Assembly (NCBI GenBank): GCA_048938025.1
Contig: JBHLMP010000001.1
Coordinates: 32,001-96,000, forward strand
Direction: 5' to 3'
Source of the DNA: Promethearchaeota archaeon
GTDB lineage: Archaea > Asgardarchaeota > Lokiarchaeia > Sigyniarchaeales > SOKP01
DNA: 64,000 bases
Shown here: positions 10,826 to 21,402 of the stretch, piece by piece
Position numbering within the stretch: position 1 is the first letter of the stretch
How the letters are laid out: every line of letters starts with the position of its first letter
Translations under genes and position numbers: made by a program
The notes under the pieces: model-generated
Told to the model about the DNA's origin: nothing
What the model saw: the letters and a program-made list of their open reading frames with translations, nothing else
Databases searched by the model: none

Positions 10826-10992
10826 TTGAATCTCGACCTTTCATTTTAAATCCTTTGTGTAATCTAATAGCGATTCATTTATTTATAATTTACTTATAAT
10901 TTGTTTAATATCTCTCAGTTTAGCAAAACATTTACGATCTTATAAACATAAGAAAATGGTACTATGATCTTATAAGGGTTAAGAATAATGTG

Positions 10993-11146
10993 TGGCGGGA
11001 GGGAGATTCGAACTCCCGAAGACCTCTTGGCAAAACCCAGAAAAGAGCATTTTTTGTCACTGGATCTTAAGTCCAGCACCTATGTTCGGTCTTGACCCAT
11101 TTCAAGAAACTACAAGTGACCTTTGACCAGACTCGGTAATCCCGCC
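10993..11146 (-). tRNA. tRNA-Leu(TAA) with two non-canonical introns (about 11082-11122 at position 21/22; about 11026-11053 in variable arm)
   Basis: Acceptor GGCGGGA/TCCCGCC-A, anticodon arm CTGGA-CTTAAGA-TCCAG, T arm GGGAG-TTCGAAT-CTCCC. Removing the 41-nt and 28-nt inserts gives a normal 85-nt Leu tRNA. Confidence 0.88.
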
Positions 11147-11519
11147 ATTTTTTATGAGATTATAATAATCTCGTAATCCTACCTTAAGAGACGATTTTTA
11201 TTTTCTATTTGCTTTGATGGGCAATATTCAAAAATTTAAGTTTTAATTTAAATTTTTACTTTGAAATTATGCCCTTAAAGTAAATTTTTCAATTAGTTGA
11301 GAAATATTTGCAATATTTACTACTAAAATAAATTTAGTAAAAATTAAACCAATAAGGATGAAATTTATAAAAAAATAATAACAAATAAATAATAAAAATA
11401 TATTAAAATAATAGCAAAATTATATTGATTATAGTTATTAATAAGAAATTGGATAAAATAGATATCACACAAATATAATTTCTTATTATAAAAATTTAAT
11501 ATTGATTGAGGTATATATC

Positions 11520-11897
11520 GTGCCTGTGGGTATCCTTGTAATTCGGTGGGACAATGAAATTGGGCCAATCAATGAAGGTTTTTATCCTGGTAATTTAAAA
11601 ATTACTAATAATCTCCTCACTCAAGTATATAGTTCACATCGTTATCAATCTCTCAAACCTGGTTTTGCGTCAATTTCCTTGAGAAACAACAAAGTTGTGT
11701 CATTTTTCTCTGGAGTAGGAAAAGATTATATATCTGTCGAAAATTATGTTGTTGCTCTTATACTGAGACGAGATGAGAAACCTCATAAATATAGGGAGAT
11801 TTTAAAAACGATTGCTGCTGAAATTCTTGATAAAATTGAGGATGGTAAATTTAAAAAAGTATTACCAAGTTTATATCGAGATTTAGCGAAAATCTAA
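11520..11897 (+). CDS. Small longin/uDENN-like Asgard-type protein
   Basis: MPVGILVIRWDNEIGP...FYP...VVSFFSG...YVVALIL fits a beta-beta-alpha-beta-beta-beta-alpha pattern; GTG 11520 is preceded by GAGG. Fold is inference. Confidence 0.5.
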   Translation: MPVGILVIRWDNEIGPINEGFYPGNLKITNNLLTQVYSSHRYQSLKPGFASISLRNNKVVSFFSGVGKDYISVENYVVALILRRDEKPHKYREILKTIAAEILDKIEDGKFKKVLPSLYRDLAKI

Positions 11898-11922
11898 ATA
11901 AATTTTGAAAAATAGACATAAA

Positions 11923-12927
11923 TTATAATGCATCAATTTTCTTAACTGAAATTTTCCCAAAATCATCTGTTATAAGGAGACCAATGTCCTGTAATTGTTG
12001 AACATTCTTTTTTACTGTTACAATTGGGGAACCAAGAGCTTTTCGTAAATCCTCCAATGAAATCGATCCTACTTTATCTACTATTAGAAATGTTTTAAAA
12101 AGCGGTTCTTTTTCCATCAAGGGTTTTAATTTATCATAATATTTTATTTTTTGAATACTAGTTTCTTCGGCATCCTGTGTCTCTTCAATTATAGATTTAA
12201 GTTTAAGAATCTCTGCATTAGCTTCTCGATTCTTATCATTTAATTCTCCTACTTTATTGATTAATGACTCATATTTTTCTCTAATTTGTTCAAATCTAGA
12301 AGCCATATCTTTTGCTTCTGAAGATTTCTCAGTTGAGATTAATTTACTGTCTAATAAGAATGAATCAAGTTTACTAATCTCAATTTTTAATTCTTGTGTT
12401 TCTTTTCTATGTTTTTCTTCCATTGCTTTTATCATCTCTAACTGATCTTCTTTAAATTTATCAGTAAAGGCTTCTAATTCTTGTATTCTATTTTCTAAGT
12501 TTATAATTGCTTCATTTTTTAGAATTAGTTCAGAATTTCTTTCAGCTAATTCAGCTCTTAAATTTCCAATAGTTTCATATGATTCTTCTAACTTATGCTG
12601 TGTTGGGATAATTTGCTTTTGAACAAATTCTAACTCTTTTTTAGCTTGAGCTACTTCACCTTTTGAATATTCCAATTCAATTTCTCTTTCATTAAGTAGC
12701 TGACGTTGCTCTCCAATTATCTCTTTCAACTCTAATATATCTTCTGGAATATCATACATTTTAGATATTTTTTTTTTTTGTTCCTCAATAATACCTTCTT
12801 GATCGCTAATAATATGTTTTTGCCTTTCTGCTAATTCTTTTAATCTGTCTACACTTGATTGTAATAACGCTGTTTCTTTCTCACTGGATTCAAGATCATC
12901 TAATATTTCTTTTAAATCTTTAGACAT
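11923..12927 (-). CDS. Long coiled-coil protein with C-terminal winged helix
   Basis: About 260 aa of E/K/L heptads, then GSISLEDLRKALGSPIVTVKKNVQQLQDIGLL. Confidence 0.7.
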   Translation of the reverse strand: MSKDLKEILDDLESSEKETALLQSSVDRLKELAERQKHIISDQEGIIEEQKKKISKMYDIPEDILELKEIIGEQRQLLNEREIELEYSKGEVAQAKKELEFVQKQIIPTQHKLEESYETIGNLRAELAERNSELILKNEAIINLENRIQELEAFTDKFKEDQLEMIKAMEEKHRKETQELKIEISKLDSFLLDSKLISTEKSSEAKDMASRFEQIREKYESLINKVGELNDKNREANAEILKLKSIIEETQDAEETSIQKIKYYDKLKPLMEKEPLFKTFLIVDKVGSISLEDLRKALGSPIVTVKKNVQQLQDIGLLITDDFGKISVKKIDAL

Positions 12928-13145
12928 GGTTCTTTTACTCTTAAATTGATTAAAAAAAATCCAATTACAATATTTTTAATTTAATATATAAGATTAAATA
13001 TTTAAATTAAGACTTATAACTAATATGAGAGATTTATTTTATATAATTTTCGAATTCATTAGAATTTAAATAAAGTTAGAGTTCTGATGAATTATAATCA
13101 TTGGATAAAATAACTTTTTTATCCTTACATCTTTTATTTAATATT

Positions 13146-14348
13146 ATGGTATTAATTTCTCCAATAAGACCGTATATTCCTACAGATCCAGAAGAATTTT
13201 GTACTAATCCATATGATGTTATAAGTAAAGAAGAAGAGCATAAGTTAAGGAAAAATCCCAATTCATTAATACATCTTATTTTGCCAGAAGGAATAGGTGA
13301 TGAAATTTATAAAAATGCTGGTAAAGCCTATAGAGAGTTTAAAAAGAAAAAGATAATTAAAAAAGAAGAAAAACCAAGCATTTTTGTCTATCGACAAGAA
13401 TCTGCTCAATTTAGTCATCAAGGATTGATATTGGGGATTTCTCTTCAGGATTATGAAGATGGTAATATTGTAAAACATGAACATACCCGTGAAAAACCGC
13501 TTAAAGACCGTACTGATCATATTGTTGCTTCTAATGTTGCAGCAGGTTTAGTATGGACAGTTTTTCAAACTAATAATGAAATTAATGATTTAATTGAGCA
13601 AATAAAGCAAAAAAAACCGAAATTTAATTTTAAGAAATATGGATATCGACATCTGTTATGGCAAGAAACGGATCAGACGGCAATACAAAAACTAAAAGAC
13701 TTATTTAAGAACAAAAAAGTTTATATTGCTGATGGACATCATAGAGCCGCTAGTGCTGCAGAATACCGTAAAATACAATTGAAAAAGTATGTTTTAGAAA
13801 AAAAGAATGGAACTCCTTGGCAGTATTTATTATCTTATGTAGCATCTGACGATCAAGTTCAGATTTTGCCATATAATCGTGTGATCAAAAAGCTTCTGTT
13901 ATCTGAAATGGAATTTTTAAAAAAACTGGAGGATGATTTCAATATAAAACCTATGGAAAAACCTTTTAATCCAGAAAAAAAGAATGTAATGGCCATCTGT
14001 TTGAAAGGTAAGTGGTATAAACTCATGATCAAGGAAAGAAATTTTTCCACTAAAAGAGAAAGTTTGGATGTAAGTATCCTCCAAGATAAAATTTTGGAAC
14101 CCATTTTAGGTATTAAAGATCCTCGTGCTGATGAAAATCTTTTTTTTGTTGGAGGTTTACAGGATCCAAGAGAAATGGAAAAATATATAATTAACAATGG
14201 AAATGATTTATTTATTAATTTATTTCCAGTAGATATTAAAGATATAGAATTTATCGCAGAAGAAGGAGGAGTACTCCCACCAAAATCTACATGGTTTGAA
14301 CCAAAAGTTCTATCAGGCTTAGTTTTATTTGATTTAAAAAAATTTTAA
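13146..14348 (+). CDS. DUF1015 family protein (ParB/Srx-like)
   Basis: PYDVIS, KHEHT, YIADGHHR, LPYNRV, PPKSTWFEPK..SGL motifs; start moved to ATG 13146. Confidence 0.9.
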   Translation: MVLISPIRPYIPTDPEEFCTNPYDVISKEEEHKLRKNPNSLIHLILPEGIGDEIYKNAGKAYREFKKKKIIKKEEKPSIFVYRQESAQFSHQGLILGISLQDYEDGNIVKHEHTREKPLKDRTDHIVASNVAAGLVWTVFQTNNEINDLIEQIKQKKPKFNFKKYGYRHLLWQETDQTAIQKLKDLFKNKKVYIADGHHRAASAAEYRKIQLKKYVLEKKNGTPWQYLLSYVASDDQVQILPYNRVIKKLLLSEMEFLKKLEDDFNIKPMEKPFNPEKKNVMAICLKGKWYKLMIKERNFSTKRESLDVSILQDKILEPILGIKDPRADENLFFVGGLQDPREMEKYIINNGNDLFINLFPVDIKDIEFIAEEGGVLPPKSTWFEPKVLSGLVLFDLKKF

Positions 14349-14354
14349 AAAAAA

Positions 14355-15290
14355 TTAATTATTTTTTTTTAGAAAATCTGACATTTTTTTTGCAATCATA
14401 GTAGCAGCAGCAGTCTGATTTTCGATACTTTGGCTAGCTATATGAGGTGTAAGTACTAAATTTTCATCCCAATTAATTAATTCTTGATCTTTTAATGGTT
14501 CTTCACGATACACATCAAGTGCTGCTCCAGCTATATCTTTGTTTTTTAAAGCTTTTAATAATGCTTTTTCATCGATTAAATTGCCTCTTGCGGTATTAAT
14601 AATTATTGCATCTTTTCTCATAAGTTTTATTCTATCCTCATTAATCATATTTTCAGTTTGCAGTGTAGCAGGAAGATGCAGTGATATAATCTGAGCATCT
14701 TTTAATAGATCCTCAACTGAAGGATAAATTGAACATCCAATCTCTATCGCTTCATCAATAGCTACTTGACCTTTACTAAATCTAGAATAAACCCCAACAC
14801 TCATTCCCATCGCAATTGAAATTTTTGCTAAATGTTTTGCTATATTGCCAAATCCTAACAATCCCAGTTTTTTTCCATCTAATGTAAATCCTAGATATTC
14901 ATTTTTGTTCCATTTTCCTTGGTGCATTGTACGATCTGCATGAGAAATTTTTCTTGCCAGAGCCAACATCATTCCTAATGCTAATTCTGCAACGGATACA
15001 GCAGGTGCTTCAGGTGTATTTAAAACTTCTATATTCAATTCAGAAGCCTTTTTTCTATCTACATTATCTAATCCAACTCCTGCTCTCCCGATAACTTTTA
15101 AGTTCTCGGCATTTTCTAGAATATCAGCAGTTAACTTAGTTCTTGAACGAATTACAATACCATCGTATTCTCCTATCTCCTTTTTTAGTTCTTCTTTGGT
15201 TATATTAAATTTTTTAATAACCTCAAATCCATTATCTTCAAAAATTTTAATGCCTTCATCTTGAAGTTTATCACTAATTAATATTTTCAA
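14355..15290 (-). CDS. serA: D-3-phosphoglycerate dehydrogenase (short form) / D-2-hydroxyacid dehydrogenase
   Basis: IGRAGVGLDNVD, GFGNIA, INTARG, AALDVY..EP, LTPHIA. Confidence 0.8.
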   Translation of the reverse strand: MKILISDKLQDEGIKIFEDNGFEVIKKFNITKEELKKEIGEYDGIVIRSRTKLTADILENAENLKVIGRAGVGLDNVDRKKASELNIEVLNTPEAPAVSVAELALGMMLALARKISHADRTMHQGKWNKNEYLGFTLDGKKLGLLGFGNIAKHLAKISIAMGMSVGVYSRFSKGQVAIDEAIEIGCSIYPSVEDLLKDAQIISLHLPATLQTENMINEDRIKLMRKDAIIINTARGNLIDEKALLKALKNKDIAGAALDVYREEPLKDQELINWDENLVLTPHIASQSIENQTAAATMIAKKMSDFLKKNN

Positions 15291-15454
15291 TTACATCACA
15301 TGGATTTATTTTAATTAAAATGAATATTTTTTTTAGTCTGTACAGCTTTAAAGAGTTTTTGCTATTTTATCAAAATCCTCCCTGACTTATATCGATTTAT
15401 TTCAAAAAGAAGATTTAAAAAATAGTAAAAAAAGATTATTAATTCCAATTCTTC

Positions 15455-16567
15455 TTATTTTAACTCGTCTATAATCTCGGCAAGAACTTTTAGCATTTTT
15501 TCAAGGTCTTTAAGTTGAATTTCCCCCATATGCCCAATCCGGAATGTTTTATCTACTAGTTGTCCATATCCATTGACAATTCGGTAACCCTTTTCAAGGA
15601 GGTTAGAAACCATAATTGGAATATCAAGATTTAATGAATTATTTATAGTAGATACAGTATTTGATTCATAACCTTTTTCAGGAAATATTTCAAGATTTAT
15701 GTCGCGAGCCCACATACGCGTTCGCTTTCCAAGTTGTTCATGTCTTTCAAATCTTTTCTCTAATCCTTCCCTATTTAATATAAAGTCTAATTGAGCAGTT
15801 AAACCTCTTATTTGCGGTATAGGTGGAGTTGTTGGAGTTTGATGCTTAGCGTTTCTTTTTTTCAATTCAATAAAGTCAAAATATAAACCTCTATTTTTCA
15901 CTTCTTGTGCTTTCTCGAAAGCAGCGTCAGAAACAGAGCAAACAGCAAGACCTGGTGGTAAAGCAAAACATTTTTGAACAGAAGCTAAACAAACATCTAT
16001 CCCTAGCTTATCAACTTCTACTTTTACTCCTGCCATAGAGGAAGTAGCATCAACACATACTAAAGCCCCTGAATCTTTAATAATTGGAACTACTTCATCA
16101 ATTGGATTATAGACTCCTGTAGATGTTTCATTCGATTGAATAAAAACAACTGAATAATTATCTTTATTTGATGCTTCTTGAGCAATTTCAGGGGTTATTG
16201 CCTTGCCCCATACAACATCCTCTTTAACACAATTCTTTCCGTTCGTTACTCCTATATCGTACCATCGATCTCCAAAAGCCCCAATTGAAAAGAATAATGC
16301 TTTTTCATCATCTTTCACTAAATTTCTAACACAGGCTTCCATGATACCTGTAGCGCTTGATGTAAATATAAGACATTCATTTTGAGTAAAAAGTAATTTT
16401 TGAAGTCCTTCTGTTGCGATTTGATGCATTTCTGCATAAGCTTGAGACCTATGCGTATCATTTGGTTTTGCTATTTCTTTTAAAACTCTTTCTGGAACAT
16501 AAACCGGTCCTGGAGTAAATAATTTTAATTGAGAACCTTTCTCTTTATTAAAATGAATATTGGTCAT
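15455..16567 (-). CDS. Class V PLP aminotransferase (serine-pyruvate / phosphoserine aminotransferase-like)
   Basis: LFTPGP, NETSTGV, VDATSS, SVQKCFALPPG, FRIGHMG. Confidence 0.9.
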   Translation of the reverse strand: MTNIHFNKEKGSQLKLFTPGPVYVPERVLKEIAKPNDTHRSQAYAEMHQIATEGLQKLLFTQNECLIFTSSATGIMEACVRNLVKDDEKALFFSIGAFGDRWYDIGVTNGKNCVKEDVVWGKAITPEIAQEASNKDNYSVVFIQSNETSTGVYNPIDEVVPIIKDSGALVCVDATSSMAGVKVEVDKLGIDVCLASVQKCFALPPGLAVCSVSDAAFEKAQEVKNRGLYFDFIELKKRNAKHQTPTTPPIPQIRGLTAQLDFILNREGLEKRFERHEQLGKRTRMWARDINLEIFPEKGYESNTVSTINNSLNLDIPIMVSNLLEKGYRIVNGYGQLVDKTFRIGHMGEIQLKDLEKMLKVLAEIIDELK

Positions 16568-16782
16568 AGCTTTTCATTTTTTAGATTAATTTAAAATTTT
16601 TAGATTAATACATTAAATTAAGTACTACTGTTTGATATAATTTTTATTATTTTTCTTCTATAAATTTTAACTGAATAAGTCCAATTAATATATCATTTCT
16701 TTGGATAATAAAATCAAAAGGTTTGATAGAATAAGAAAATTCTAAAAATAAGTATTTTCTGTTATTTTTATTTACTCTTCTT

Positions 16783-17451
16783 TTATTGCGTTTTTTCCTT
16801 GATTAACTCAATAGCTTTCTCTGATACTATTTCTATTGGAAATTCATTGATTAATTGAAAAAGAAATTTAAAAATCACTAACTTTCTTAAATATAATATT
16901 GAAATTCGATATTCACTCAAATATAATGCTGCTCTACCAAGTCCATTAAGTAAAAGCACGATTGGTATTAAGATAAGATTATAAATAAAACCACTCTTCG
17001 CGAATTTAAATGCAAATATAGTATAAATTATAGTTAAGATGCCTAGTATTATATTAACCATTCGAAATTTAAACAAATAGGAGTTAATAATCACTCCTTT
17101 AAATATTCCCGCTAAGCCTACAATGATCAGAAAAATTCCTAAAAAATAAATAATATAACCTTTTGTGATATTAGGTTGGGAAAAAAGGATAGAGAGAACG
17201 AATATGCTAAAGGTTATATAAAACGATCCAAAAATAAGATTTTTCACTCGAGATTCTTTAAGATTTTTATTAAAAAAACCCCTCATAACTTTATAGATCC
17301 CCACAAGGAACATTGTAGAAATAGGATAAACCATAAGTGACATTATAAGAATAAGATGAAAAAATAAAAATAAGACTAAAATTGTAATTAGGATTGTTGA
17401 AAGAATAAAGTCATCAGCAAGTACTTTTTGTTTATGAAGTCTTACTTCCAT
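16783..17451 (-). CDS. Membrane protein (HdeD/DUF308-like)
   Basis: Six or more hydrophobic helices with G-x-x-x-G patterns. Confidence 0.5.
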   Translation of the reverse strand: MEVRLHKQKVLADDFILSTILITILVLFLFFHLILIMSLMVYPISTMFLVGIYKVMRGFFNKNLKESRVKNLIFGSFYITFSIFVLSILFSQPNITKGYIIYFLGIFLIIVGLAGIFKGVIINSYLFKFRMVNIILGILTIIYTIFAFKFAKSGFIYNLILIPIVLLLNGLGRAALYLSEYRISILYLRKLVIFKFLFQLINEFPIEIVSEKAIELIKEKTQ

Positions 17452-17584
17452 AATAAAGAATCATTTTATAATGTTAGATCATCGAACATTTGATATAATA
17501 TATTCATTCAATGTATATATTTTTATTGACAATTAACCATTGAAATATTCATATTTTGATCATTTAAAATTGAATTTATTCGAT

Positions 17585-18613
17585 TCATAGACATAAAGTA
17601 AATTTAGTGCCTACACTAGTATTAAAGGCTTTAATTTGAGGATTATTTTCTTTTTCAATTGCTTTAATAAATTTTTCACCTGAGCAATGAATTGGAAACA
17701 TATACAAGGGTTCTTTGTATTCTTGAAATGTTGTTAAGTACTCTATAGTATTTTTAATCCTTTCATCTGAAGCACCAGCCATATGAAGACCCCCAATAAT
17801 ATGCGTTATTGGTTTATTTGTTAAATCTTTCACATAAGATATTGTGTTTTTAAGACCAGAATGACAACAACCATCCAATAATGCAATATTCTCTTTAAAT
17901 TCAAGAATTAAGCACTTATCATCATAAATTTTATCAATTGTAAGAATATTATCCTTTAGAAATATTGCATTATCAAAATCCTCATCTTTATATATTCTTG
18001 GAATCTCTCCCGAAATAGTAACCTTTAAATCATCGATATTTAATATTTCATAGACATCGTTCGAAAAAATAACTTCTCCATTTAATTCTTCTACTAATTC
18101 TAGATCAATTGATTTTTGATTAATTATCTTAGATTCTGTTAATAAATGTAATATCTTTTGTCTTGTTTTACCTAATAAATCTTCCTTTTTTACATCTTCA
18201 GATCTTTTAAAAAATCTCTCATATTGAGAGTTTTCATGACAAATTATTGGAACTCTCTTTCCAATTCTTTCTAAAATCTTATAAAGACCACCAATATGAT
18301 CATAATGCCAGTGTGATAAAATTATAAAATCAACGTCATGTAGAGTAGCCTTTCTAATATCTAGATTATGTAAATAAGTTAAATTTGGACCGCCTGTATC
18401 GAATATTATTTTTTTAATAAGTTTAAAATTTTCTTTATTTTGGGAATTAATTAATTTATATACATTAATCAGAAATCCTAAGCCATGTTCGGCCAAAGAA
18501 CGAGTCGAAAATAATTTATTTAATTCAATAAATTCTAACCCGTAGTCTTTTTTTAGATTTTGAAAGGGTAAAACCGTGTTATTAGTTAAAAGAATTATTT
18601 CTACTTTTATCAT
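17585..18613 (-). CDS. MBL-fold metallo-hydrolase (dihydropteroate-synthase-like MBL subfamily)
   Basis: AEHGLGFL, FDTG, LSHWHYDHIGG, GCCHSG, GGLHM, HCSG. Confidence 0.85.
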   Translation of the reverse strand: MIKVEIILLTNNTVLPFQNLKKDYGLEFIELNKLFSTRSLAEHGLGFLINVYKLINSQNKENFKLIKKIIFDTGGPNLTYLHNLDIRKATLHDVDFIILSHWHYDHIGGLYKILERIGKRVPIICHENSQYERFFKRSEDVKKEDLLGKTRQKILHLLTESKIINQKSIDLELVEELNGEVIFSNDVYEILNIDDLKVTISGEIPRIYKDEDFDNAIFLKDNILTIDKIYDDKCLILEFKENIALLDGCCHSGLKNTISYVKDLTNKPITHIIGGLHMAGASDERIKNTIEYLTTFQEYKEPLYMFPIHCSGEKFIKAIEKENNPQIKAFNTSVGTKFTLCL

Positions 18614-18632
18614 AATTTTAAATCCTTTATCA

Positions 18633-19562
18633 CTATAAAAATAAGATAATATAATTACCTACGATTATTAAAAAAACTGCTATTATAAATCTTTTACGCA
18701 ATTTCTCCTTTAAAATAAGAATTGAGAAAATTTGTTGAACCATCGGCGTATTTACAGTAAATGTGGAAGTTAAAATTAACCCATTGATTTCTGCTGCTTT
18801 ATAAAATAAGGTATCAGCAAAACCAAGAGATAGAACGCCCCCCAATCCAATATATATGAAATATTTCAAATTTTCTCTATTTTCTTTTTTAAAACCGTCA
18901 TAATATTCCTTTTGAAATATTCCTAATAATCCAATAGTTATCGTCGCAAAACTAACTCTAAAGAAGTTTGTTACAAATACATCTCCAGTTATGATCCTTG
19001 CCTGGTTATATGAAATTATCGCTAGAGCCCAAAAAAAAGCAGTTCCTATTGCTAATATTACCCCTAATATTAAATTCTCTGGAGGTTTATCCTCGTTGAT
19101 AGAATTAATATTTTCAGGTTTATCCTTAGAACTTAAGATAAATACACTCGAAAGAATTAAAAGGCCTCCTATTAGGATTGAAAAAGTAATCATTTCACCA
19201 AAAAAAATAAAAGAAAAGGGATATACAAAAAGAAGCGAAAGTTGGACAAGTGGATATGCTCTTGAAGCATCGATCCTTTTCAGAGACATATAATAACATA
19301 AATCTCCGATAGTAACACTTAGACCAGAGATAAAACAAGCTATTAGATAACCAATTAGTTCTTGTTCATTAAGATTTCTTAAAAATATATAATTACCAAA
19401 AGCTAAAGAGAAAAGAAATGTTCCTAAACTAGTGCAGCAAAGGCGAAAAAATAAATTTCCTTTAGCAGGGGTTTTTTCGAGACCCCATTTATATACTAAG
19501 GAGGCTAAAGCCCATGTAAATATTGCATCAATAGTTAGGATAAAACCTATTAGCTCAGCCAT
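18633..19562 (-). CDS. DMT/EamA family transporter
   Basis: Two 5-TM repeats ending FFGE..T and LILKEK. Confidence 0.88.
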   Translation of the reverse strand: MAELIGFILTIDAIFTWALASLVYKWGLEKTPAKGNLFFRLCCTSLGTFLFSLAFGNYIFLRNLNEQELIGYLIACFISGLSVTIGDLCYYMSLKRIDASRAYPLVQLSLLFVYPFSFIFFGEMITFSILIGGLLILSSVFILSSKDKPENINSINEDKPPENLILGVILAIGTAFFWALAIISYNQARIITGDVFVTNFFRVSFATITIGLLGIFQKEYYDGFKKENRENLKYFIYIGLGGVLSLGFADTLFYKAAEINGLILTSTFTVNTPMVQQIFSILILKEKLRKRFIIAVFLIIVGNYIILFL

Positions 19563-19668
19563 TAAATTAGAATTATTTCTTATTATTTTAAAACTATTTT
19601 AAAAAGAATATGATGGATAAAAAAAATTTAATATTAAAAAAATAATAAATAGTTTTGAATCTTAAATA

Positions 19669-19989
19669 CTACTCTGGAAATGCTGGATGTGGAATATATA
19701 ATTCAATTTTCTGCCATTCTATAATTGAATCTAGTTTTTTCGTTAATTTTTGAAGAACAGGATCTAAAAATCCTTTTGTCATTATCTTTTCCATTTTTGC
19801 TAAACTTTCCCATTCTCTTTCAATTATGACTGTATTAGTGTCTAAAGATCCTGAAATGCAGCGGTAACGCTTTTTTGGAGGATAACCAAGTTGTTCCTCA
19901 ATTTCATTAAATTTTTTATCGATATCTTCTAAATCATCCCATTTTCCATTAGCAACTCTTTGAATCTCTCTATTAATAACAATTACCAT
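19669..19989 (-). CDS. Small hypothetical protein (NIPSNAP/dimeric alpha-beta barrel-like)
   Basis: Strong SD (AGGTGA, 7 nt spacer); GKW...NTVIIEREWESLAKME pattern. Confidence 0.5.
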   Translation of the reverse strand: MVIVINREIQRVANGKWDDLEDIDKKFNEIEEQLGYPPKKRYRCISGSLDTNTVIIEREWESLAKMEKIMTKGFLDPVLQKLTKKLDSIIEWQKIELYIPHPAFPE

Positions 19990-20155
19990 TTAATTATCAC
20001 CTATTATAAAATTCTAATTAATTTACAAAAAAACAATTATAATTGTAATTATAATTTTATTTAGTTTTCCTAAAATGTAAATTCTTTTTATGAATAATAA
20101 GACAAATTTGAATTTAAAACAAAGCTTACTTAATATCGAATTTTTTGTTCTATTT

Positions 20156-21325
20156 TCATTTCAGCTTTAAAAGAAAATCTTTATTAGGAATTTGATTGAA
20201 AATAAACAATTTTGCAACTTCTTCTCTAAAATCTCCATTTTTTTCTGTTAACTCAAACAATTTAGATAAATTACGCCCATTATTTTCAAAAAAGAAATCT
20301 GTCAAAGAGTTTTTTAACTTGAAATTCATAATAATCTTTTTTATATTTGGATGTAATTTATATCTTTTTAACGTCTGTTTTGAAATAGTTTCTTCATTTA
20401 AGGCTTTAATTGCTGTTTCAGCTGCAATTTGACCAGATACTATACTAGGATGTATTCCTTCACCGCTTATAGGAGAAACAAAACCTGCAGCGTCTCCGAT
20501 AATCATAATATTTTCATTGCATAAACTATTAACTTTTACTCCTGAGGATGGAACCGGATAAGCTGCATTCCATAACTCTTTATAATTTGAATTTGGAAAG
20601 AATTCTTTAATATAGGGTTCATTAATAAATTCGTTAAAAATTGCATTTATATTACATTTTTGAAAATTTTGCTTTGATATTCCAGTACCAATATTAAACT
20701 TTGTTTCACTTAAAGGGAAGATCCAGCCGTATCCTTTATAAGGTCTAAAAAAAATCGATATTGTTTCTTTATCTAATAAGTTCTTTCCTTCCATTATGGC
20801 AGATTTCACTAAAAAAAGTTCACTTATTTTCCATTTTTCACGTAACCCAGATTTATTAGCTAATTTAGAACTCATCCCATCAGCAATTATAATAATTTTG
20901 CTTAAGTATTCTTTAACACCAGTAGATGTTTTAGTTTTTATACCAATTTTATGATTATCTTTTGTTAGAAAATCAAATGAAATATTCTTATCAAATAATT
21001 CAGCTCCCGCGTCTAAAGCAACTTTTCTTATGAAATTATCAAATTCAAGACGATCCACATTGATAGCATAGTCTCTTATTCCTTTCCAATTGTATTTAAA
21101 ATTATGATAATCAGCAGAATACATAGAAATTTCATATACGCGCTGATAGTTTATTTTATGCAGTTGAGGGTAATACTTAAAAATTCTTGAACTTACAGTA
21201 CCTCCACATGGTTTCCTCCAGTTTGTATCTCTTTCTATTAATGCAACTTTATATCCACTTTTTGCGATAATTTCTGCACATTTTGAACCACTAGGTCCCG
21301 CACCTGATACAACAACGTCAAACAT
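20156..21325 (-). CDS. Geranylgeranyl reductase family FAD oxidoreductase
   Basis: GAGPSGS, KPCGG, ADG, YGWIFP, GDAAGFVSPISGEGI. Confidence 0.92.
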   Translation of the reverse strand: MFDVVVSGAGPSGSKCAEIIAKSGYKVALIERDTNWRKPCGGTVSSRIFKYYPQLHKINYQRVYEISMYSADYHNFKYNWKGIRDYAINVDRLEFDNFIRKVALDAGAELFDKNISFDFLTKDNHKIGIKTKTSTGVKEYLSKIIIIADGMSSKLANKSGLREKWKISELFLVKSAIMEGKNLLDKETISIFFRPYKGYGWIFPLSETKFNIGTGISKQNFQKCNINAIFNEFINEPYIKEFFPNSNYKELWNAAYPVPSSGVKVNSLCNENIMIIGDAAGFVSPISGEGIHPSIVSGQIAAETAIKALNEETISKQTLKRYKLHPNIKKIIMNFKLKNSLTDFFFENNGRNLSKLFELTEKNGDFREEVAKLFIFNQIPNKDFLLKLK

Positions 21326-21402
21326 ATTAATTCAATATCATAGCTTTCAAATAATCATTATAATGGATTAAGTTTTAAAAATAAAATCATAGACATGTTA
21401 AT

